Of a stretch of DNA of 64,000 bases, positions 17,920 through 28,483 are shown piece after piece. The notes below the pieces were generated by a model, which ran no database searches, was not told where the DNA came from, and saw nothing but the letters and a program-made list of their open reading frames with translations. Position numbers and translations under genes: made by a program. The stretch's first letter is position 1. Each line of letters starts with the position of its first letter. The stretch comes from Dehalococcoidia bacterium (GTDB lineage: Bacteria; Chloroflexota; Dehalococcoidia; Lucifugimonadales; UBA2985), in the NCBI GenBank assembly GCA_034423135.1, contig DAOUJC010000005.1:33985-97984 (forward strand), written 5' to 3'.

Positions 17920-19362
17920 CTACACCACCCACCACAGCAGCGCGCTCCGGGCCGCGTCTATCGCGTCCACCAGGGGAGCCGGGTACACGCCAATCGCTAT
18001 GATGCCCACCAGCAGCAACCCCAACACGCCGCGGCTCAGCCCCGACACCGGCATCGGCGACTCGTCCTCCGGCTCCTCCATGTACATCTGCTTCATCACC
18101 ATCATGTAGTAGTACAAGGATATGAGGCTGTTCGTGATCGCCAGCGCCACCAGCCACAGCAGATCGCCCTGCGCAACCGCCGTGAACAGGTAGAACTTCG
18201 TCGTGAACCCGGCGAAGAACGGCAGCCCCGCCAGCGAGAACAGCGACACCGTCAGAACCATCGCCACGTAGGGCGAGCGCTTCGCCAGCCCTGCGAAGTC
18301 CGCGATGTTCTCCTTGCCCGTCGCGTTGAAGAACACGATGATGCACAGAAACGCCGCCAGGCTGGTGACCGCGTATCCCGCCAGGTGGAATATCACCCCC
18401 GTGGCCGCCACCGGTGATATGGCCGCCACGCCCATCAGCAGGTAGCCCACCTGTCCCACGCTGGAGTACGCCAGCATCCGCTTGATGTTCGACTGCGCCA
18501 GCGCGACCAGGTTGCCGAGCGTCATCGTCAGCGCGGCCAGCACCACCAGCACGATCTGCCAGTCGTCGAAGGCCGGCATGAACGCCTGGGTGAACAGGCG
18601 CAGTATCAGCGCGAACGCCGCGGCCTTTGAGCCGACGGCCAGGTATGCGGTGACCGGCGTCGGCGCGCCCTCGTAGACGTCCGGCGCCCACATGTGGAAC
18701 GGCACGGCCGCCACCTTGAAGCCCAGCCCGGCTATGATCAGCGCGAGGCCAACCAGCACCGCCGGGTTCAGCGGCGAGTCGGCAGCGGCCAGCGCTGCGT
18801 TGATCTCGTCGAAGCGCGTCGTGCCGAGTATTCCGTAGACCTGGCTGATGCCGTACAGCAGCAGCGCCGAGGCGAACGCGCCCAGCAGGATGTACTTCAC
18901 GCCCGCCTCGCTCGGCTTGAGGCCGTGCCTCCCGTACGAGACCAGCACGTACAGGCTGAAGCTCAGCAGCTCCAGCGAGATGTAGGCCGTCAGCAGCTCG
19001 CCGGACGCGGCCATCAGCATCATGGCCAGCACGGAGAACAGCAGTATGCCGTAGTACTCGCCGGGGCGGCTCAGGTGCTGCCTCACGTACTCCACCGAGA
19101 CCAGCACCACCAATATGCCAAGCACCAGGAAGAACCCCTTGAAGAATAGCGAGAAGTCGTCGATGAGGAACAGGCCGTCGTAGAGGTTCTCGTCGCGGCC
19201 CCACAGGTACCACAGCGACAGCACGAGCACGGCGACCAGCCCGACGATGCTCAGCGCCGGCAGGTAGTTCTTCCGCTCGCGGGGCAGGAACAGGTCGACT
19301 CCTAGCACGGCGAACGCCGCCCCCGTCAGCGCAAACTCCGGCGAGAAGAGCCACCAGTTCAT
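17920..19362 (-). CDS. nuoN: NADH-quinone oxidoreductase subunit N
   Basis: SLELLSFSLY, EAGVKYILLG, GFKVAAVPFHMWAPDVYEGAPTP. Confidence 0.95.
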   Translation of the reverse strand: MNWWLFSPEFALTGAAFAVLGVDLFLPRERKNYLPALSIVGLVAVLVLSLWYLWGRDENLYDGLFLIDDFSLFFKGFFLVLGILVVLVSVEYVRQHLSRPGEYYGILLFSVLAMMLMAASGELLTAYISLELLSFSLYVLVSYGRHGLKPSEAGVKYILLGAFASALLLYGISQVYGILGTTRFDEINAALAAADSPLNPAVLVGLALIIAGLGFKVAAVPFHMWAPDVYEGAPTPVTAYLAVGSKAAAFALILRLFTQAFMPAFDDWQIVLVVLAALTMTLGNLVALAQSNIKRMLAYSSVGQVGYLLMGVAAISPVAATGVIFHLAGYAVTSLAAFLCIIVFFNATGKENIADFAGLAKRSPYVAMVLTVSLFSLAGLPFFAGFTTKFYLFTAVAQGDLLWLVALAITNSLISLYYYMMVMKQMYMEEPEDESPMPVSGLSRGVLGLLLVGIIAIGVYPAPLVDAIDAARSALLWWVV

Positions 19363-20879
19363 TGCAGACCCGCCACTCGTGCCAGGATTGGGGCTACGCC
19401 GCTATCGATCATGTCTATCCACGGCTTCGGATACAGGCCCACGACGACCAGGAAGAACACCAGCACCCCTGCCGAGAACCCCTCGACACGGGTGGCGTCT
19501 CTTAGCCGGCCGCCGTCTGGCAGAGGGTCCCATCGCGGGTCAAGCTGCCCGAAGAACACCTTGGACAGCAGCCTCAGGATGTAGACGGCGGTTATCGCCG
19601 CGCCCACGATGCCGAGCACGCCCAGGAGCGGGTAGTCCTGGAACACGCCGATGAACACCATCACCTCAGCCACGAACCCGCTCAGCCCCGGCAGCCCCAG
19701 CGACGTGAGGCCCGCCACGGCGAAGAACGCCGCAGTCACCCCCATGCGCTTGGTTAGCCCCTCCAGCCGACCGATGTCCCGGTCGTGCGTCTGGTCGTAT
19801 ATCACGCCCACGAGAGCGAAGAAGAGAGCGGTCATTACGCCGTGCGAGAACATCTGGAGCACGGCGCCGCTCACTCCGATTGCGTTCAGCGTGGCGAAGC
19901 CCATGAGCACGTAGCCCATGTGGCTGACGCTGGAGTAGCCGATGACGTACTTCAGGTCCCGCTGCCCCATCGCGGAGATGGCGCCGTACACGACGTTGAT
20001 CGTGCCCAGGATGATGAGCACCGGCATCCAGTCGTCGGCGCCCTGCGGCAGCAGGTCAATGCCCACGCGAATGATGCCGTATGCGCCCAGCTTCATCAGC
20101 ACGCCAGCGTGCAGCATGCTCACCGCCGTCGGCGCGGCAACGTGGCCGTCCGGCGACCACGTGTGGAAGGGCCACAGGCCCGCCAGCACGCCGAACCCGA
20201 TCATGAACAGCGGGAAGAAGATGCGCTGGAACTCGGGCGAGAAGGACACCTCTCGCAGCTCCACCAGAGAGAAGCTGCCGATGCCGCCGTCCACGTACAC
20301 GGCCATCAGCGCCACCCACACCAGGATGCTGCCCGCAACCAGGTACAGCATCAGCTTCATCGCCCCGTACTCCTTGGGACGCAGGAAGCTGCCGAAATCG
20401 CTGCTGCTGCCCCACACGCCGATGAGCAGGTACATCGGCATCACGGCCAGCTCGTAGAAGAAGAAGAAGAAGAACAGGTCCAGCGTGACGAACACACCGT
20501 AGACGCCCGCCACGAGCAGGAAGAACAGGACGAAGAACTCCTTGGCGCGGTCCTGGATGTTCCACGAGATGAGCACGCCGGTGAGTCCAACAATGCCCGT
20601 GAGCAGGAGCATGGGCACGGATATGCCGTCCACGCCCAGCGAGAAGGTGATGCCCAGCGAGTCCAGCCACGCAATCTCCTGCGTCAGCTGAAAGTCGCCC
20701 GCCTTGTGGTCGTAGACCAGGAACACGTAGACCGTGAGCGCCATGAGCACCGCGGCCACGGCGGCGGAGGTCATGCGAATGTGCTGCAGCCTGTCTTTGG
20801 GCAGGAAGGCCAGCACGACGCCCCAGACGAATGGGACGCCCACAAGCGCCATCAGCACGTATGAGTCCAGCGTTTCCAC
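19359..20879 (-). CDS. nuoM: NADH-quinone oxidoreductase subunit M
   Basis: LGVDGIS, FYELAVMPMY, PFHTWSPDGHVAAPT, KLGAYG. Confidence 0.95.
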   Translation of the reverse strand: METLDSYVLMALVGVPFVWGVVLAFLPKDRLQHIRMTSAAVAAVLMALTVYVFLVYDHKAGDFQLTQEIAWLDSLGITFSLGVDGISVPMLLLTGIVGLTGVLISWNIQDRAKEFFVLFFLLVAGVYGVFVTLDLFFFFFFYELAVMPMYLLIGVWGSSSDFGSFLRPKEYGAMKLMLYLVAGSILVWVALMAVYVDGGIGSFSLVELREVSFSPEFQRIFFPLFMIGFGVLAGLWPFHTWSPDGHVAAPTAVSMLHAGVLMKLGAYGIIRVGIDLLPQGADDWMPVLIILGTINVVYGAISAMGQRDLKYVIGYSSVSHMGYVLMGFATLNAIGVSGAVLQMFSHGVMTALFFALVGVIYDQTHDRDIGRLEGLTKRMGVTAAFFAVAGLTSLGLPGLSGFVAEVMVFIGVFQDYPLLGVLGIVGAAITAVYILRLLSKVFFGQLDPRWDPLPDGGRLRDATRVEGFSAGVLVFFLVVVGLYPKPWIDMIDSGVAPILARVAGLQ

Positions 20880-20925
20880 TTCAGCCTGCTATTCCCGCAC
20901 TCTCGATTCGATTCGCCTCACTGCG

Positions 20926-22920
20926 TCACAATCTCGGCAGCGCCAGCCACCATATCAGCACGACGACCACAGTCCCAACCGCCATGCCGAGAGCGTAGTT
21001 ATACACCTTGCCGGTCTCCAGCAGCCTCAGCACCCATCCGGAGAGCACCACCGAGCGACCTGTGCCGTTCACGCCAGTGTCGTTCACGACGACGCGGTCG
21101 AACAGGGCCATGAAGTTGCCGAAAGCCAGCGCCACACGGTCGATGACCCACTGGTACAGCTCGTCGATGTAGAACTTGTTAAAGACCAGCGTGTGCAGGC
21201 CGGAGAACTGCTCCTGGAGCCTGGCCGGTATCGGATACCTGGCGTACGCTGGCTCATCCTGCTGACCGGACGCCCGCTGACGCCTCCGCACCTCCTCCGC
21301 CGACTCGACGCCGCGCCCGTACAGATACCACCCAAGGCCGAATCCGGCCGCGGCCAGCAGCACGGACAGCCCCATGACCAGCACGTTCACCTTGTAGGGA
21401 TGCGGCTTATCGTGGAACAGCCACGCGCCCAAGCCGTCGAAGCCCGGCCACCAGCCGCCCACGGCCAGCAGGCCGGAGCCAAGCGCCAATACGGCCAGAA
21501 TCGCGAGAGGCGCCGTCATCACGGAAGGAGACTCGTGCGCGTGCTCGTTCTCAGATTTCAGGTCGCCCAGCACCACCACGAACAGCAGCCGCGCCATGTA
21601 CAGCGCGCTCAGGAAAGCCGCCAGCAGGAGCAGCGCGAAGAACACCGGCCCGCGGCCGTCCAGCACGGAAAGCAGCACCTCGTCCTTGCTGAAGAACCCA
21701 CCCATGAGCGGGATGCCTCCCAGCGAAAGAACCCCGATGGCGAAGGTTATGGACGTGACGGGCATGACCTTCCACAAGCCGCCCATCTGCCGAATGTCCC
21801 TTGCGCCCTCCGGCCGGTCGTGGTCTTCCGTGCCGTGCGATATGCTGCCGGCGCCCAGGAACAACAGCGCCTTGGCGAAGGCGTGCGCCACCATGTGAAG
21901 CAACGCCGCCGTGAACCCGAACGAGCCGAGCGCCAGCATCATCAGGCCAAGGTGGCTAACCGTGGAGTACGCAAGCACGCGCTTGAGGTCGGTCATCACC
22001 AGTGCCATCAGCGCCGTGACCAGAGCCGTGACCAGGCCGATCACGGCGACCGCCAGCATGGCCGTGTCGGACGTGACGAATATCGGGTACAGGCGCGCCA
22101 CAAGGAACACGCCCGCGACCACCATCGTCGCTGCGTGGATCAGGGCGCTGACCGGCGTGGGGCCTTCCATCGCGTCCGGCAGCCAGACGTGCAGCGGGAA
22201 CTGCGCCGACTTGCCCATCGCGCCCAGGAAAATGAGCAGCGCCGCGACCGTCAACGTCCCGGAGTCAATACCGCCCTGCTCCACAACGTGGAAGATGGCG
22301 GATATGTCGAACGTGCCGGTCTCCTTGAACAGCATCAGGATGCCTATCAGCAGGCCCACGTCGCCAATGCGCGTGGTCACAAACGCCTTCTTGGCCGCCT
22401 CCGCCGCAGACCGCCTCTCGTACCAGAAGCCTATCAGCAGGTAGGAGCAAACGCCCACCAGCTCCCACGCTATGTAGACCAGCAGCAGGTTGTCGGCCAG
22501 CGAGAGCGCCAGCATGGCCGCCGCGAACAGCGAGTGGACTGCGAAGTACCAGCCGATGTCTCCCGGCATGTGCCTCATGTAGCCCAGCGAGTAGATCTGC
22601 ACCATCAGCGCCACGAATGTCACGAGGCCCAGCATCACCACCGACAGCTCGTCGATGATCATGCCTACGGCGAACGTGCTCTCGCCTACACTGAACCACT
22701 CCTCGGTGAACACGCCACCGCCGGACGCGAGGAACTCGGTCAGCACGTACCAGAACAGGCCGAATGAGCCGAGGATGGCCAGAATAGACAGGAACACGCC
22801 GCGCCACGGCAGGAAGCGCCCCAGTACCACAATGCCGAGAAATGCGGCTACGCATGCGGCCGGCGCAAGCCACGCAAGCTCCACCCCTGAGGTCGTAGTC
22901 GTTCCTGCCTGAAATAGCAT
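20926..22920 (-). CDS. nuoL: NADH-quinone oxidoreductase subunit L
   Basis: WELVGVCSYLLIGFW, GKSAQFPLHVWLPDAMEGPTPVSALIHAATMV. Confidence 0.96.
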   Translation of the reverse strand: MLFQAGTTTTSGVELAWLAPAACVAAFLGIVVLGRFLPWRGVFLSILAILGSFGLFWYVLTEFLASGGGVFTEEWFSVGESTFAVGMIIDELSVVMLGLVTFVALMVQIYSLGYMRHMPGDIGWYFAVHSLFAAAMLALSLADNLLLVYIAWELVGVCSYLLIGFWYERRSAAEAAKKAFVTTRIGDVGLLIGILMLFKETGTFDISAIFHVVEQGGIDSGTLTVAALLIFLGAMGKSAQFPLHVWLPDAMEGPTPVSALIHAATMVVAGVFLVARLYPIFVTSDTAMLAVAVIGLVTALVTALMALVMTDLKRVLAYSTVSHLGLMMLALGSFGFTAALLHMVAHAFAKALLFLGAGSISHGTEDHDRPEGARDIRQMGGLWKVMPVTSITFAIGVLSLGGIPLMGGFFSKDEVLLSVLDGRGPVFFALLLLAAFLSALYMARLLFVVVLGDLKSENEHAHESPSVMTAPLAILAVLALGSGLLAVGGWWPGFDGLGAWLFHDKPHPYKVNVLVMGLSVLLAAAGFGLGWYLYGRGVESAEEVRRRQRASGQQDEPAYARYPIPARLQEQFSGLHTLVFNKFYIDELYQWVIDRVALAFGNFMALFDRVVVNDTGVNGTGRSVVLSGWVLRLLETGKVYNYALGMAVGTVVVVLIWWLALPRL

Positions 22921-22934
22921 CGTCTAGCGGATGG

Positions 22935-23240
22935 CTACCCCTTCATTAGGTCCACTTCATCCAGGTCCACGGAACCGCGGTCACGGAACAGTCGCAGGAT
23001 GATGGCCATCGCCAGGCCAACCTCCGCGGCCGCCACCGTAATCACGAATATCGCTATGATCTGCCCGGTCGAGTCCGCCGGCGTCGCGTACGCCGCATAA
23101 GCTATCAGGTTCACGTTGACCGCGTTCAGCATCAGCTCTAGCGCCAGCAGTATGAGCACCGCGCTGCGGCGCGCGAGCACCCCGTACACCCCTATCGAGA
23201 AGAGCGCCGCGCCGAGAAGCTGGAAGTGGAGAAGTGTCAC
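22935..23240 (-). CDS. nuoK: NADH-quinone oxidoreductase subunit K
   Basis: ELMLNAVNVN, VAAAEVGLAMAI. Confidence 0.95.
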   Translation of the reverse strand: MTLLHFQLLGAALFSIGVYGVLARRSAVLILLALELMLNAVNVNLIAYAAYATPADSTGQIIAIFVITVAAAEVGLAMAIILRLFRDRGSVDLDEVDLMKG

Positions 23241-23737
23241 TCTTCCTCCCCCTCCTCACGCTCCCGCGCAATCACGATGGCGCCGATGAGCGCCACCAGC
23301 AGCACGAGTGAAGCCACCTCGAACGGCACGGCCCACTGCGCGAACAGGCTGTCGCCCAGCCTGCTGAAGCTCACGCTGCGCCTCACCGTCTCGTCCGGCG
23401 CGCCGTTGATCAGCGCAAGCGCTAGCAGCGCAAACACGCCGAGGGACGTCAGCAGCGCCAGCGGCCACTGCGGGTTGTCGCGCATGGCCCGGAACTCCTG
23501 GACGCGGGTGAGCATTATGACGAACAGGATGACTATGGTAATCGCCCCGCCGTAGATGAGCACCTGAACCAGCGCGAGGAACTCAGCCAGCAGCATCAGG
23601 TACAGCCCGGCCACGGCCACCAGCGAGACCAACAGGAGAAACGCTGCGTACACCACGTTCCGCGAGACCACCACGCCGATTGCGCCGGCAAGGCACACCG
23701 CGCTCAGCAGGTAGAAAACCGCGAGGGACAGGCTCAA
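23237..23737 (-). CDS. nuoJ: NADH-quinone oxidoreductase subunit J
   Basis: AEFLALVQVLIYGGAITIVILFVIML, PFEVASLVLLVALIGAI; TTG start overlapping the nuoI stop. Confidence 0.93.
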   Translation of the reverse strand: MSLSLAVFYLLSAVCLAGAIGVVVSRNVVYAAFLLLVSLVAVAGLYLMLLAEFLALVQVLIYGGAITIVILFVIMLTRVQEFRAMRDNPQWPLALLTSLGVFALLALALINGAPDETVRRSVSFSRLGDSLFAQWAVPFEVASLVLLVALIGAIVIAREREEGEEE

Positions 23738-24234
23738 CTCTCCGCCTCCACCTTTTCCTCCTCCTCTTCCTTCTCCTTGGAGGGCCTCCATCCAGTCTCC
23801 TGCTGGTAGGCCCAGCCCATCTCCAGCAGCCTGCCGAGGTCGCTGCGATTGTCGTTGCGAGCGTACTTGCTCAGCTCGTGCTCGTGGCTCATCTCAATGG
23901 CGTCGAAGTTGCAGACGTCCACGCAGATGCCACACACGATGCACCGGCCCAGGTTGATCTCGAAGCTGTCCACGATCTTGCGGCGGGAGCTCTTCCCCTC
24001 CGCGTGCAGTGGGTTGTCCTTCATCACTGCGGTCATGCACTGCGTCGGGCAGTACCGCACGCACACCATGCAGCCGGTGCAGTACGGCTCCTCCACCTTC
24101 TGGTCCCACATGAGGACGGGGAAGCCCATGTAGCGGTCCTCAATGGGCTTGTGCTCGTTGGGGTACTGGTAGGTTACGGGCTTTCTGATCATGGTCGCAA
24201 ATGTGACCAGGAGGCCCTTGAGATTACCCAGCAT
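23734..24234 (-). CDS. nuoI: NADH-quinone oxidoreductase subunit I
   Basis: Two CxxCxxCxxxCP-type motifs (CTGCMVCVRYCP, CIVCGICVDVC). Confidence 0.94.
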   Translation of the reverse strand: MLGNLKGLLVTFATMIRKPVTYQYPNEHKPIEDRYMGFPVLMWDQKVEEPYCTGCMVCVRYCPTQCMTAVMKDNPLHAEGKSSRRKIVDSFEINLGRCIVCGICVDVCNFDAIEMSHEHELSKYARNDNRSDLGRLLEMGWAYQQETGWRPSKEKEEEEEKVEAES

Positions 24235-25339
24235 GGCCTGCCTCCGACGTTGGATTGTAGATTCGCACCGTGTATTCGGGCTTGGGAGCCGTGCGCATGG
24301 CCTTGCTCAGCCCCCAGACCGCCGCCGCCAGGATGGCCACGGACAGAAGGCTCAGCACCCACGCCGGCCAGCCGTAGAAGAGGTATGCGCCCGTTATCAG
24401 AATGTTCAGGAACGCCAGCGGCACCAGCACCTTCCACCCCAGCGACATCAGCTGATCGATGCGCAGCCTGGGGTACGTGCCGCGTATCCAGAATATGACC
24501 AGTATCACCAGGTAGGTCTTGGCCAGGAACACGGCGAGGCTGATGATTGGCACGTCGCCCGGCAGCCCCGGGAACAGCCAGCCGCCGAAGAAGAGCAGCA
24601 CCGTGAGGGCGGCGATGGCAAAGGTGTTGATGTACTCGGCCAGGAAGAAGACCGACCAGTGGGCGCCGCTGTACTCCACGAACGGCCCTCCCACGACCTC
24701 CGACTCCGCCGGATGGATGTCGAACGGGGTGCGCCCAAGCTCCGCCAATCCCGCGATGAAGAATATGACCAGTCCCAGCGGCTGTATCAGCGCGTAGACC
24801 AGCACGTCCTGCTCGTTCACCACGCGGACCAGGTTCATCGACTGCGCCAGCATGGCCACGCCCAGCACGGCCAGTATGAGCGGTATCTCGTAGCTCACCA
24901 GCTGCGCGGCGGCCCGGAAACCGCCCAGGACGGCGTACTTGTTGGAGGACGCCCATCCGGCGGCCACCAGTCCCACGATCGACAGCACGGAAAAGGCGAT
25001 GATGTAGAACAAGCCCAGGTCCAGGTTCCGTATCACAAGGTCTCGCGTAACGGGAATCGTGACCCATATCATGAATATGGGCACGAACACCACCAGCGGC
25101 GACACCCAGTACACAACCCTGTCGACCCACGACGACAGCAGGTCCTCCTTCGCCATGAGCTTGATGGCGTCCGCAACGGGCTGCAGCAGCCCGAACGGGC
25201 CGACGCGCATGGGGCCCATTCGCATCTGTATGCGGCCAAGGAACTTGCGCTCCACCCACACCAGCGAGAGCACCACCACGGACAGCGCCGTCAGCAGCAC
25301 AAAGGAAGCGGTGACAAGCAGCGCGGTGTCAAGCAGCAT
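24224..25339 (-). CDS. nuoH: NADH-quinone oxidoreductase subunit H
   Basis: ERKFLGRIQMRMGP, GLLQPVADAIKL, RAAAQLVSYE, RTPFD..AESE. Confidence 0.96.
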   Translation of the reverse strand: MLLDTALLVTASFVLLTALSVVVLSLVWVERKFLGRIQMRMGPMRVGPFGLLQPVADAIKLMAKEDLLSSWVDRVVYWVSPLVVFVPIFMIWVTIPVTRDLVIRNLDLGLFYIIAFSVLSIVGLVAAGWASSNKYAVLGGFRAAAQLVSYEIPLILAVLGVAMLAQSMNLVRVVNEQDVLVYALIQPLGLVIFFIAGLAELGRTPFDIHPAESEVVGGPFVEYSGAHWSVFFLAEYINTFAIAALTVLLFFGGWLFPGLPGDVPIISLAVFLAKTYLVILVIFWIRGTYPRLRIDQLMSLGWKVLVPLAFLNILITGAYLFYGWPAWVLSLLSVAILAAAVWGLSKAMRTAPKPEYTVRIYNPTSEAGHAG

Positions 25340-26463
25340 TACCGGTCCACCTCTCCGAGCACGATGTCCAGCGACCCCAAGATGACCACAGCATCCGCAA
25401 CATACGTGTTCAGCAGAAGCTCCCTGATGGCCATCAGGTTGCAGAACGACGGCGGGCGTACCTTCACGCGGTACGGCCTGTCAGCGCCGTTGCTCACCAG
25501 GTACACGCCGATCTCGCCGCGGGGGTTCTCGCCGCGCACGTAAACCTCGCCCTGCGGCGGGCGCAGAACGAGCCGCGTCGGCGTGATGGTCGGACCGTCC
25601 GGCATCTGGCCAAGCGCCTGCTCGATAATGCCGAGCGACTGCCTCATCTCCTCAACGCGCACGTAGAAACGGTCCCAGGAGTCGCCCTTCTCACCAATGG
25701 GAATGCCGAAGTCGAACCGGTCGTAGATGGAGTATGGGGCGTCCTTGCGCACGTCCATGGGCACGCCGGAGGCCCGCAGAGTGGGGCCGCTTGCGCCGTA
25801 GCTTATGGCCTTCTTGGCGTCAATGACGCCGATGCCCTTGGTGCGGGCCAGGAATATCTCGCTGAAGCTCAGGAGCCTGTCCGCCTCGTCAATGCCCTGG
25901 CGAATCTCACCAATCAGGCCGGTCATGCGCTGGCGAAAGTCGTCCGGCACATCGTTCTTGACGCCGCCGATGCGAATGTAGTTGTGCATCATGCGCGCGC
26001 CCGTCACCGCCTCGAACATCGACTGAATCTTCTCGCGGTCGCGGAAGGCGTACATGATGGGCGTCATGGCCCCGGCGTCGATGCCGAATGTGCCGAAGAA
26101 GAGCAGGTGGCTGGCAACCCTGTTTAGCTCACACAGGATGACGCGAATGTACTCGGCGCGCTCCGGCACCTCCAGCCCCATCAACTTCTCGACGGCGCGG
26201 CAGAAGACCATCTCATTGTTCAGGTTGCTGATGTAGTCCAGCCTGTCGAAGAGCGTGACGATCTGGGCGTAGATCTCGCCCTCGCACAGCTTCTCCGAGC
26301 CGCGGTGCAGGTAACCGATGTGAGGCTCCACGTCCACCACGCGCTCGCCGTCCACCATCAGCACCATGCGGAACACGCCGTGAGTGCTGGGGTGCTGCGG
26401 CCCCATGTTGACCAGCATCTGGACGGTGTCCAGCTGGCCTTCCGACTGGCTCTCCACGCTCAC
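25339..26463 (-). CDS. nuoD: NADH-quinone oxidoreductase subunit D
   Basis: NMGPQHPSTHGVFR, GYLHRGSEK, FDRLDY, LDIVLGEVDR; GTG start at 26463. Confidence 0.96.
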   Translation of the reverse strand: MSVESQSEGQLDTVQMLVNMGPQHPSTHGVFRMVLMVDGERVVDVEPHIGYLHRGSEKLCEGEIYAQIVTLFDRLDYISNLNNEMVFCRAVEKLMGLEVPERAEYIRVILCELNRVASHLLFFGTFGIDAGAMTPIMYAFRDREKIQSMFEAVTGARMMHNYIRIGGVKNDVPDDFRQRMTGLIGEIRQGIDEADRLLSFSEIFLARTKGIGVIDAKKAISYGASGPTLRASGVPMDVRKDAPYSIYDRFDFGIPIGEKGDSWDRFYVRVEEMRQSLGIIEQALGQMPDGPTITPTRLVLRPPQGEVYVRGENPRGEIGVYLVSNGADRPYRVKVRPPSFCNLMAIRELLLNTYVADAVVILGSLDIVLGEVDR

Positions 26464-26465
26464 GT

Positions 26466-26964
26466 CTACCACTCCGTGTACTCCGGCATCTCGAAGTTCT
26501 TGCGACCGGGGTACCCCTCGAAGCCCTCGTACAGCAGCAGCGGCGCAAGGTTGGGGTGCCCCTCGAAGGTCACGCCGAACAGGTCGTGGCCCTCCCTCTC
26601 GTACCAGTCGGCGCCGAGCCACACAGAGGTCACCGTGGGCACAACGGGGTCGTCCGGCGAGACGTTGGTCTTGAGCACCATCATGTGCTTCATGGAGGTG
26701 CTGTAGAGGTGGTAGACCACCTGCAGGTGCTCCTCGTAGTCGACCACGCACAGGCAGGTCAGGTAGTCCATCTGGAGCTCCGGCGAGTCCCTGAGCGTGA
26801 GGCAGGCGTCCGCGACGTCGGCGGGGCTCACGGTGGCAGTCACAAGGTCGACTGCGGCGCCCAATTCGGGGTTGAACCGCGCCAGGACCTCCGGGAGCAG
26901 TCGTTCCAGGGCCAGCCCTTTCTCGTCCAGGGAAACGGCGGCCTGGGGGGTAGTGTGCCCGGGT

Positions 26965-26981
<17 letters not shown>
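26466..26981 (-). CDS. nuoC: NADH-quinone oxidoreductase subunit C
   Basis: [31 protein letters not shown]. Confidence 0.92.
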
Positions 26982-27476
<495 letters not shown>

Positions 27477-27480
<4 letters not shown>

Positions 27481-27848
27481 TTCCACTGGAGCACCCCCTT
27501 CTTCCAGCTGTAGACGATCCCGAAGAAGAGAATTGCGATGAACAGGAGCATCTCGTAGAACACGGCGTCGATGCTGGTGAGGAACACCACGGCCCACGGG
27601 AAGAGGAACACGGCCTCGACGTCGAAGATGAGGAACAGGATGGCGAATATGTAGTAGCGCATGTGGAGCTGCGACCAGGAGTAGGGTGCGGGCGGGATGC
27701 CGCACTCGTAGGGCATGTCCTTGAGGGGGGTGCGCTTCTTGGGCGAGAGGATGAAGGAGGCGCCGAACATGATCGCCATGCCCACAAACCCCACGATCCC
27801 TGCTATCACCACGGCGGTGTAGTTGAGGGCAAAGCCTTCAGGGGCCAA
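27477..27848 (-). CDS. nuoA: NADH-quinone oxidoreductase subunit A
   Basis: [35 protein letters not shown]. Confidence 0.95.
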
Positions 27849-28047
27849 TTGGTCCTCCAGACCGGCGGCCTGCGTTCGGCCGCCGTTACGGGGCTTGCAG
27901 ACTGGGCTAAGGATATATCACCGAATAGGGACTGTCAATTGAAGCATCCACCGCCGCCCTGGCCGCTCGTGATGAGCGATTCGAAGGGTGTAACCAATCT
28001 AGGGACGGAGACGCTCCGGAGAGACGACAGCAGCTGGGAGAACGTCG

Positions 28048-28269
28048 TCACGCAGTTACCTCAAGACGTTGCGGATCATCCACCGGAACAGGACGACCGC
28101 TCGCCTTGAGGTATTGCACCGCAACCTGCGCCGCGTCGCGTAATTCCTCAATGGCTTCTTCCTTGGTGTCGCCGAATGCCGTGCACCAGGGAATCGCAAG
28201 TAGCCATGCGCTCCATCGCCCATCCTCCTCCTCTTCCACGCCGATTGTGAAGCTATATGTGTCTTCCAT
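28048..28269 (-). CDS. HicB-like antitoxin (orphan)
   Basis: EEEEDGRWSAWLLAIPWCTAFGDTKEEAIEELRDA; no HicA ORF seen beside it. Confidence 0.8.
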   Translation of the reverse strand: MEDTYSFTIGVEEEEDGRWSAWLLAIPWCTAFGDTKEEAIEELRDAAQVAVQYLKASGRPVPVDDPQRLEVTA

Positions 28270-28398
28270 GCCAACCCCCTGTGCGAGTTAGGGTGCAGAT
28301 CTGCCTTTGGTCAATGCAATGCGCCAACATTCTATACCGGCAGTCAAACCATGCACAGATGCGCCGAGGTGCTATCCGACCACGTCCACGCGACCTTG

Positions 28399-28433
28399 CC
28401 GCTCGTGGTGAGCCTGTCGAACCATACGAGCGG
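28399..28433. repeat. REP-like hairpin (family A)
   Basis: CCGCTCGT-GGTGAGCCTGTCGAACC-ATACGAGCGG; relatives at 36964, 38896 and 39142. Confidence 0.7.
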
Positions 28434-28483
28434 GCGATTGCCTATGGTACAATCGGTCACAACACTTACGTAGGGTAAAGACT